Both the position numbers and the translations under genes were made by a program. DNA of 64,000 nucleotides from Haplodiscus bocki (lineage: Eukaryota), in the NCBI GenBank assembly GCA_965655095.1, contig OZ296649.1, positions 44,144,001 through 44,208,000 on the forward strand, in the 5' to 3' direction. The notes under the pieces were generated by a model that had not been told where the DNA came from, searched no databases, and saw nothing but the letters and a program-made list of their open reading frames with translations. Positions 29,401 through 41,400 of the stretch are shown here, piece after piece (position 1 is the stretch's first letter; each line of letters starts with the position of its first letter).

Positions 29401-32400
29401 CTGTAACTGAACAAGATTTAATTATTTTACGTAAAGTAGCTGGACAACAGAAAAATCAACGAGCTCTTAAAATTAAAAATAGAATTTTGAAACAAACTCA
29501 TGATATAAAATTAGCGGAAACTTTATCACCTATTATTAAAAAATTAGATGAAGTTAATAAAACTACTCAAGAATCTTTATCACCTATTCCTAAAAATTAG
29601 ATACAATTAATGAGAGTACTAAACAATTAGGTGAAAATAACAAAGAGATAGTCATTACACCAAGTATTCTTTTACAAGACACTTTTAAATCTTTGGCCAA
29701 AGCACCTAGTTCACTACAATTAAACCAAGACAAGGAAGACAATTGGAGCGTTCCTGGGGTACCTTTAATATCTCTCGGTGGTGATAAAATACAAGTAAAA
29801 GAATATCTATGAATTTACTCTCGAAATACATAAAACATTATCACAAACATCGTACACTGGTAAATCTATGAAAAATGAAAATGATCAAAGAACTCTCTAT
29901 AGATTTTTACTAGATATTGTATATAATGGACAAAGTGAAGAAAAAACCAATCAAAAGAAATTTTTTTACAAGACTCTTCAAATTGTCTGGTAATATTAAA
30001 AAAGAAGAACCTGAAAATTTGAAAGGTCAAGGTAATGAGAAATTCAATATACCATCCAACATATTTGATATTTACAACAGACTTGAGGTCTTATTAGGAT
30101 TAAAATTACGTGGTCATACTGATACCATAACAGAAGCTAGTAACTTAATTGATGATTTATATAAAATAGGTGAAATACAAAACAAACGGCAATATCAAAT
30201 GCTCTTTGCAAATTTTCAACCTCATAAATGGAACTTCCAAGTAAATTATTAGAACAAATAGCTTATAATACTAGACCTGAAATAGAAGAACATTCGTTAC
30301 TTATCATGGATGACAGTAAAACCGAAGAGCATTTATCTCAACCATTACAAACAAATAATAAACAATTTAAAATAGCTGTTACTTTTCTAAGTGCTTATAA
30401 TGGAATTTTCAATGTTACAAATAAAAATAATAAGTTTTATTTCAAGAAAACGCTTATTGAAAAACATTTCATATAAATCAGAATACCTATAGGAGCATAT
30501 GAAATAGAATCATTGAACGATAAAATTAAACGGATTAATATTGATGAAAAGTATTATACAGAAGCAAATTATCCGTTTCATATCAGACCCAATTTTAGTA
30601 CTCTAGGTAGTATTATAGAAATAAAACCACAAGGACCGTTAATCAGCTTTGTGTTTAATGATAGTATTGGAAATCTTTTAGGATTTGATGAGACTATATT
30701 AATCGAACAACATATTTTATCAAAAAAATCAGTCGATATTTTATCATTTGATATCATTTTCATACACACAGACATAGCTGAAGGCATGAATTTCAGAAAT
30801 GAGAGAAATGGTATTATTCGCAATTTTACTAAGGATGTTGATCCAGGGTACAAAATCGTCGAAAAATTTCGAGGCGGGATACAATGGTATATGATGGATA
30901 GCAAAGACGTTACTTCAAGTATATGTTTTAAATTGAAGAATGAGAATCGTAATTTAGTTTCATTTAATGGTCAATCAGTTACGTTCAGGTTGTCAATCAA
31001 AGAAATTTGAATTTCAACATAATAAATGCCCAAAACTTTGATAAAATCGAGATTACATTCTAATAGAAACAAACCTAAAATTAAACAAGAATTTAATAAA
31101 ACTAAATCAAGTTTACCTACAAATATTCAATCACTCAAACAGAAACTATTATCGGGTAATATTTTTATTTCTATTAAAGGAGGTTAGAAGATATTCAATT
31201 GTTAGATAAAGAAGCATTTGATAAAAGTACTAGAAAAAGAGATTTTTTAAAAGTATACCACCAACAAGGTGCTAAATTGAATGGAGAAAAAAACAACTAT
31301 CATAAAATAGGTAATGCTCATCTTGAATATGATATAACAGTACAAGATCCCAATGGTGCTTTTGATAATAATAGTCGTATAAGATTGACTAATATTGGAT
31401 TGGCATATGTTTTTGAAGAAGCTGTTTTAACTACCACATTGTGATCAAACCTCGAACATAATAAATTCGTAGGACAGACACCTACCTTAATTCGAGTTTT
31501 AACAAGTAAAGATGGAGATTTATTATCACAATTTGATAATATTAATGAAGGTAATACAGACGATGATTTCGATTCAACTTCTTTAAAAAGATGCTCATTG
31601 ATAATCATAAAATCGGTAGCCACGAAGTTAATAGGGAAAAAATTAAAGCTCAATTACCACTAGAACATAAGTTTGGATTTTGTAAAACTTTTGAAAAAGT
31701 AATAAAAAATCTCGGTTTTCATATAACTTTCAAAACCGCTAATCTCCAAAATAATATTTACACTTCGATAGCTGATGGTACTCGAATTAATGTAACAATT
31801 AACAGTTTTTATCCGTATGTACCATTTCTCATACCTACAACCGAAACGCAACTTATGTTCAAGGAAGCTATTCAAATTGATTACAGAATCTTTTTCGATG
31901 AATGGTATACGGAGAAAAGAATTGCTACAGATCAAATATTTCAAGTTGATATTGGATCTTCTCAAGCAGGTACCTCTCCAAAATATCTAATTTGTGCCCA
32001 TCAACAAGCTAATAGATCAGATCCTCCCAATAAACGAAATAATACCTTAATTTTTGATAATCTTCGTGTAAGAAAATACTTTGTAGAAATAGATGGTCTT
32101 CGTTACCCACGCGATGTGGTTTTAACAAAATATGATTTATATGATTACATAGATCAATACAAAGATGTCAAACTATTTTATAAAGAATATGTTGGAGAAG
32201 AATTAATGAATCCGTTTATAACATACCCTGCTATGAAAAATAAGTACCCTATTCAAGTGATTGACCTCAGATTTCAAATAGATCATATAACACCTTAAAA
32301 GTTGAACTGTTTGAAGAAATAGAGCCGACCCGGCTAATGCTAGATTATTTGTTATAATGATCAGACGAAGAGAGATAGAGATGGTATCGGATGCAAATAA

Positions 32401-35400
32401 ATTAATTAAAGTTAAAGTTACATAAACATGAAAAAATTAGATTTTAGAGATTTTATGAAAAAATATAACTTAAAAGATGATACTATGAATGAGTCACAAC
32501 CACAGAAATGTTATAATTATCCTCTATACCCAAGAGATAGTAAAGTTTATTCAGATAAAACATTTGTAAATATAGACGATGGATCTCAAGGTGCTACTCA
32601 TTGGACTTGTTTTATAGTAAAAGATAACAAATCATTCTACTTTGATAGTTTTGGAGGACAGCCAGGTAATTTTATACTAATTCAATTACATAAACCAATA
32701 ATATATCACAATTATAAAATACAAGAAATTAATTCTAAGTTATGTGGCTCATAATGTTTGTAATGTTTCTATTTAATCGAAAGAATGAATTATTATGATG
32801 CTATATTAAAAATGTATTTTATATAAACTAATTACAAACAAATCTTTTCCCGATATCAATATGTCTTTGTATTCATACAAATATAATGATAAATATAATA
32901 ATATTCATTTATGTATAGTTGTAAATACACTATTATGTAAAATCATCAAATTTTTACGAATATAATTATCATTATATTATTCTTCATATATGAATGTGTG
33001 TAATTATACTAATAATGTATTCGGTAACAGAATCATTCCAATAATATATTTTAGATATCAATTTTTTAATTTTTTATACGCCTATTAACGTATTTGAAAA
33101 CTCCTCAAATAAGTCTGAACTTAAAATTGATATTTCTCTATTTGTACAGAAACCGTATCTAAGAACTAATTATATAGAAGCTAACATAGAAGAAAACATT
33201 GACTTAAAAAATCAATACAGAATTAAAAATTTACCAGATCCTATCAGCATACGAGAAACAGCATCAAAAAATTACGCTCATAATATATTTAAAAACGATA
33301 TTGATTTCAATGACGTTAAATTAGAGAATATAAAATTCGTTAAAGTTAACTATCAACCTGCTGTTAATGAACACTTAACTCCAAAAATATTTGTTGATAA
33401 TGCCATGGCGAATCATCATTAGTTAGAAGTATTCAAGATAATGATTCTAATAATTATAACCTAACAATTATAAATAGCATTACTTTGAATAAACAAGCAG
33501 AAAATGATGATGAAGTCATTACTAAAGCATATGTAGATCAATTTCATCAAGAGAATGAACGATCCCGACGAGATTCATGTATTAAGTTTTATGATGAATT
33601 AAATGATTTGGTGAAGAATAATTAAGACAATAATCTCAACGATAACAAATTAACAAATATAAATTCAATAACAATTAATAAAAATCCAACTGATGACAAT
33701 CAAGTCAGTAACAAAAAATATATTGATGATGAATTAGATAAGCACTATTGTGAGATTTAATACAACTTTTCAAACTATCTCAAAGTCTCTGTCGGCAATG
33801 ATATATATAATTTGGCTAAATATAATAAAATAGACATTACTAATATAACGGAAATGAGAAGCCCAAACATTAGTCAATGTCTATTACAGAAATGGATTTT
33901 GAAGTAAGTAGATAAAAATTATAATGCTAAAATTGATACATTTTTATAATCAACGACATCAACTTCACCAACAGCAGAAAATGGAGCTAGTAGCATTCCA
34001 CCAATTGGATGGAGTTTTTTGTACATAGAATCAAGTGGAAATAATCATGGAGCTAATCATATATCGGTTTCTTCGGAAAAAAGTGATATTATGCATATTT
34101 CTAACATAAAATTTTTTTATAATCGCTTTTCAACATCTGATCAAAATCTTCGTGGCATGGGTCGTTTTAGAATTCACTTATTATTATAAGGTAATACTTG
34201 GTCAACGATATATATTATAAATAAAAATAGTCAATATAGCAATGGATCAACAGTGTGGCATTTATTTGATGTTGATATTACACAAGAAAACTATGGTGTT
34301 GAATTTATTTATAATCAACTTCCTAGAGCTCATGCCGATATGTCTTTTTCAAATATAATAATAACTCATTCTGTATAACTGTAAATATCTATTATTTTAA
34401 ATGGATCAAATAAATTATTTTTCAGATTTATTTGAATCAATACCAGATTATAAAAAGATTGTCTTATTATTGTTTTTAATAAAAAATGATGTTAATTTTT
34501 GATAGGAATGTGGATTTCTAAAAAGTGATATTAATTTTCTTTATAAAGAATTTAAAATTACTTTACTTGAACTTAATCAAGAATACCTAGGTCATATTAA
34601 AAATCAAGAAGAATCCATTTTGGAAAAGTTTTTAAATAAGTAAATGGAAGCTTACTTCAATAGAATCTTTGAAGCTATTAGACATTAACGAAGTCTTATT
34701 TTGTTAATAAGCTCAGTGGAACCTGATATATTAAAACAAAGTAAATTTGCGGATGATGGAATAGATATAATTAAAGATATTGCTTTAGAGAAATTACACA
34801 GGCAACGAAGTCTTAAAGAATTAATAGCTCTGGCTTTATTAGAAAAACAATTTTCAGATCAATCAATCAATATCATATAATCACTAATATTCAGATATTA
34901 ACTATCATTATATTTGTATGAATAATTTATCTTTACTCTAAATATTATTGATCAATATAGTAAAATCACAAATACTCATATATGAATTTTTAAAATATTT
35001 ATAACTATAATTGTATAAATACTTATTTTTCTTTTGATAAATGACGACTTATACAAATTTAAATATTGATCCAGAATTATTAAAAATAAAAACAAAGGAT
35101 GATGAAATCCAAGATTTAAAATATAAAACGGAAAAACATGTTCACGAAAATATATTAAAATCTCTTAAAATTGATAATGAATATTATGAAAAGAATAATA
35201 AATCATTAAATAAAAAGAAAAGATTATTAATTATCACCGAATTTATGATTGGATCAGGATCGGCAATAGGGAGTTCAACTATGGGTTTGATTAACCCTGG
35301 GGCGGGCAATATTATATCGAGTAGCACAGCTTTATTAACAAGTATTGCTATCTTAATCACAAATGAGTACATATCAAAATTAAAGATACGATATACTAAG

Positions 35401-38400
35401 TTACGGGAGTGGATAAATGTAATCACACTACTATATGAGAAAACTCTATGGTCTTCATTGGTTAATAAGAAAATTGATGAAAAAGAAGCTGAGGAATTAA
35501 AAAAGAGTTATAATCATTACGTTGATAAAAGAAAAGAAATCATGAAAAACACTAGTTTTAAAGTAGGAGATGTATTTGGTAATATTATAAGTAAAGATAA
35601 TTTTAATCAAGAATAATTAACTAATTTAAATAAATTTTTAGCCAAAATAAAGTGAAAATAAATATAAATATTAAATTTGTTTTTTTTAACCTAGAAAGAA
35701 AACAAATATTGATCTTTGAAACAGTGCTCCACCTGAATATGATTTTTAATAGATAAATGGCAGAAACTTATTGCTTGGGAGGTCGTCATTATAGTAATAC
35801 TAATAATATCACTCAATATGGAAAAACTTGTTAGAATTATCAAAGGTACTTGTAGTATTGGCGGTCGTAATAAATCACAACTTTTTACTAAGTAAATGAC
35901 TAGAGGAGAAGATTTTATTAAAAATGCTAAATGCACTCGCGGCCATAGATCAGCTATGAGTAATTCAGCATGGTGTGATTTGAATGAAAATTGTACTGTT
36001 TTAAATCTTCACGATGTGTGCCATAATCCAAAGTGTAGATGTCAGAAACAGATTACTTTTCCCCCAAAGCAATTTCAACTTGAAGGGGGTTCGATTGAAA
36101 GTAAAGTACAAAAAAATTTTGAAGGGACACAAACTGCTTGGAGTACATTTTTAAAACCGGCAATCAATGTAGCGCCACCGTTTATAGGAATGACTGTTAG
36201 TGCTAAGATTAAAAATCCTAAAGTTGGACAAGCGACAACTAATATTCTAAAGTCATTTTCAGGTGGTAAAATCTTATCAGTCACAGACATGCATGGGCAT
36301 GGGCTTCATTTGAAAAAAATGTAAATCATTTCAAAGATAGTTTTCTGAATAAATCAGTACTTGTATTAAAGATTTATGTGATTACGATTTAATTAAAAAA
36401 TGTTGTCGGAGTAAAAATGTTTTGTTAAAATCTAATTTCCATAAAAGTAAAAATATGAATGACGGACTTAATCCACAATGTAAATTCTGTACAAAAAAAT
36501 ATTATGTAGATAATCAAGATCGATTACTGAACAAACAAAAATTGTATGATAAAAAAATTCGTGACAAAATTAACACTCGTAAAAAGATTTGCTTAAATAA
36601 TAAAAAAAAAACAGACAATAATTTTCGTTGAATTTGTAAAACGAGAAGTAGAATTCGTCAAGCATTACAAGGAAAAACAAAATCTTCTTCCAGAAAAGAT
36701 TTTTTAGGAATAGATATCGAGACTTAAAGAAAATGGAAAGAATTTCAATTCTTACCTGAAATGACATGGGATGACATTGAATCAGATCATGTCAAACCAA
36801 TTTGTATGTTTAATATATCTAATGATGAAAAATTAAAAGAAGCATTCTCCTGGAAAAAAACTCAGCCCTTACTCAAGCATGATCATCACCTCAAGGGAAC
36901 AAACTTCAATTTCCTAGAATATCAATTGCAATTCATTAAAGCTGATCAATTTATCAAATTAAATGCCCAAGAAGGATAATATTAAAACTTTCATTGATGA
37001 GATATACTGTTCTCCACCCAAGAAGAATTATGAAACTAATAAGATAATCTACAATCATATCGATGAAATCGGGAGTATTGATCTCGCTGATATGGTTGAC
37101 TGTAAGACTTCAAATAAAAAAGGATATAGATGTATATTTATAATTTTTGACAATTTCTCTAAATATTTGTGGGCTATATCACTTAAAAACAAATATAGTC
37201 AAACTATCACAAATGAATTTTCAACTATATTAACAACACAAGAACGAAATCCTCTCAAAATAGAATCTGACAGAGGTAGTGAATTTTATAATAGTATTTT
37301 CCAAAATTTTTTAAAAATTAAATATTTAAATCATTTTTTCAAGATTCACAGATAAAGGCCCTTCGATAGTTGAACGTGTTATTAGAACAATGCGTAATCT
37401 ATTAAAAAAGCCAGTATTTTTAGCAGGAAATGCTGATTGGTTAAGTGAACTACCATCTGTTATTAAAAAATATAATAACACCATTCACAGCTCAACGAAA
37501 ATGAAACCAATCGATGCTAGTGAAAAATCAAATGCAAACGAAGTCTATTCCAATCTTCGAGACAAGAGAAGAAAACTTAACCCAAAATATAAATTAGGTC
37601 AACTTGTTCGTACAGCTGATATTGAAAGAGTTTTTAGTAAAAGTGATTCAACGAACTTTAGTTATAACTTATATACAATCACAGAAGTCTACAATATACC
37701 ATCATATAATATTGACTTTTTACCCGAGAGATGTAATGAAATTCTATTACTACCAACAAAACTATCTCTTGAAGAAAACACTCAGGATATGAAGAAACTG
37801 AAATTAATTCAATAAAATCAATTTTAATAAATGGAAATATCTGAGGATGAAGTTATACAAAAATATGGCAAAAGATGCGGGCGTTGTAATTGAAACACTT
37901 TACTACCATATGAATATGAATTTACTTGCTTTTCATGCGGATATAACGTAAACAAATGAAAACATGAACTCTCTAAATTTCAACGAAAAAAAATAAAAAT
38001 TTTATGAATAGATTAAAATACGCTGACAAAAAAGCTTTTGTATTTGTGTAGATGTATATAAAAATTCTGACCGTGATGATTTTGATAGAATATTTGAAGT
38101 TTTATCAGCACTAAAAGATAGAAAGTTAAAAATAAACAATACTTTAATGGAAGTATATATAGATATGTTAAAAAATCCTGATTTCGAACAAAACAAATAT
38201 TCAATAACTTCAACATGTATTTACAAAATTGCTCATCATAGTATTCGATTAATGAAATGGATTTGTTAATATGATAGATCTCATTACGAAAATATAAATT
38301 ATTATCACCTGATGGGTTCTGTTTGTAAATTTTTAAATGAAATACTTTGATGGTAATTATTACGTTGAAGTAAAAGATCATAGATTTAGCAATCATCCAA

Positions 38401-41400
38401 CTGAAAGTTTAATATTACGCAAACGAGATCCTCCAATTTCTCTCAGAACTCAGTATCAAGTACAAATTGAAACTCCGATAAGAAAAAATCAAAAATTTGT
38501 TGAAAATAATGGTGAATTGGAAGTTAAAAATTATCCTAAAAATAAACAACCAATTATTCAAAACCAACAACAAAAATTTAAACTACCAAACTGCCCATCC
38601 TGCAAACAAAATAATCGGTTAGATTTCAATAAAGAATACTATTGTCGTAATTGTGAAAACATAAACAACAAACAGAGACATCAAATTGATAAAAAAGTTC
38701 TTAGACAAGGTAGAGATTTCTCAACTATTTTAAAATATGCTAACAAAAAAAATAAGAGAGATTTGGATGAATATGGTTAATACTACATATATTTCAACAA
38801 AAGATGTGATTGATAAATTACAACAGTTGAAAAGCAAAACAAAATAAAAATTTTATAAAAATATAAAAAACTATTATGATAATATGAATATTAAATTTGA
38901 TGAAGATGCTTTTGCTAAAATTTCTCAAGGTATTAGTAAACTTTTTCATGAAGTTTTATTGTTAATGAAATTTCTACAGACTAAACCACAAGTTAAGAAT
39001 ACAAATATTAATAATTATGAGTTATACTACATTGTTATTAAAAACAGAGATGAAAAAGAAATTGTAGATAACCAATATGAAAATGATTATATTTATTTTA
39101 ATGATTGTTCCTAATCATTATATTGGACGAAAAAATAATAATGAAACGTTAAGGTAGAGAAAAATGAGATCTTGTATAACTCATTTCAATAAATTATTAC
39201 TATATAAATGGAGATGATAATGAATAATGAGAATAAAAAATTATCACGAAATAGAAAACGAAGATTCGATCGTAAAAACAAAATGAATAATGATATAAAA
39301 TTATTACTAAATAAAATTAAATCTGAAACGAAAAAGAAATATAAAAATTTTGAAAAAATTTAACAATTAGAAAATCTTTTAGTTAGAATTAAATACGCAA
39401 ACAAACCTGCTAATATAGAATGTGCGTTAAAAGAGTTAAACAGAAATCAAGTTATTAATAAAAATTTACATGAAAATAAAAATGAATTATTACTAGATTA
39501 TGATGACTCATTTGAATTGGTTGGAAATTTACAAGTAGGTGATCAAATCAGACAAACTCATAGTAGATTTAGAAATAATGCTGATTATGAAGCTTATATT
39601 AATAACATTGATCAAGATTATGATGCGGAAGATGCTATTTTTAATGGTTATATTTAAAAAATCAAAACTTCTCAATTTAATAAAGTAAACAGAAGTCAAT
39701 ATGGTAATCGATGTGATTTTAAACAAGAAATTATTGAATATCGAAGAAACAATTGCTTTATACCCACAAAAGGATATTGTTTTGTTAAATATATTAATTT
39801 CTTAACTGGTGGAGATTACAAACAACAATATTTAGAATTTATCAGAAATGAAAAAAGACGGTCAAATATTCTGACTAAAGCGAGAATTCAACCATTTTGT
39901 AGAGCTAATAATAATAATTTAGGATAATTCGATGGTGAAAGAGTTTTTCCTAGATCGGTTACAGAAAGAAATAATGCTTTGTTTTTATACAACAATCACT
40001 TTTGTTCAAAATGGAAATCTGCAGGTGAAAGTTTTAATCAAGCTATTACAGAATTGAAGGATAATTTTAAAACAGTTGATAATTTTATAACTGAAGAAAT
40101 TGTCAAATCTCACTTTGAATACATATATAAACCAAAGAAAATTGAATCTCATCTGACTAATTTTATTGGATATGACCTTGAAACTCTTAATACAGATAGG
40201 GCAAAACCATATAAAATGACTTTTTGTCGATTAGGTAAAATAAGTGGCAGATATGATCGTGATCCTACAGTGGATGAATTAAACAAAAAAAAAGACGCGA
40301 TTGCATTTGTTGGAGATAATTGCGTTGGGACTGCTTTAGATTTCTGTTTAAAATTAAAAGGAGAAGAGTACAAAGACAAAACAGGTAAAGTTCTTGAATA
40401 TCAACTTCAACTACACGCTCATAATGGATCTGGTTTTGATACTTGGATAGTTTTAAATACTCTTCCTTGTGATAAAAGAATTGTCAATTTAATAAAAAAC
40501 GGAAAACACATTATTGAATTAAAAGTATTAAATGGATATATTGATAAAAATAAAAAACAAATTCCTCAATATCTTCGTTTTACATGTGGTTTGACTCATT
40601 TAAATTATTTGTTGAAAAAATTAGGAAAGACTTTTAAATTACCAAAAGAATTATTGAAAACTGAAATAAATCATGATGAAATTGATGAAAATAATTGGAG
40701 AGAAAAAAAAGATGAATGGTTGCCTTAAGTTAAAAACGATGTTCTCTGTACTGCTTACTCATGCGCTCGATATATTAAATGTATGGAAGAAATAACAGGA
40801 GTTTCGATGAAAGATTGTCTTAGCGCTCCAGGTCTAGGATGGCAATATTTTACTAGCATGCGAGATGAAATTGATCAACCAATATACACTTATAATGACA
40901 AATACTTGAGATGGTTTGTAAGACAATCAATAAAAGGCGGACAAGTTTGTGCTTTTAATTAACATTATAGATCAAAAATTTGTGATGAAGTCCTAAAAAT
41001 ATTATCAGAAAAATTAAATGTAAAAGGAAATGTGTATGATATTAAAGAAGCTTATATGAAATCTAAAAGTCATCATGAAGAAATCATTAAAAAAGTTTAA
41101 GAAAGTAAATTCAGTGATTATCGAGATATAGACGAAGAAGAAATGAACAATTATTTTTATAAAAAATTATGTGAATTACCAATCCATAAAATATTACAAG
41201 AAATAAGTTTAAATGATCTATTATGGGATTTCGATGCTGTTAGTTTATATCCAAGTGCTATGACAGATGAAAAATCAATTTATCCGAGAATAGAAACTGG
41301 TTATGCTTATACTCCAGATATGAATGATGAGCTCGTTGAAAAATTTTATAATCAAACTTCCACACAAGGAAGTGCTATATAAAAATTAAATATTACAATG

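Noticed and set aside
30578-31965. Antisense ORFs over capsid genes (and similar ones over PolB and TRPC exons)
   Set aside because: They are shadow frames of real sense-strand coding sequence.
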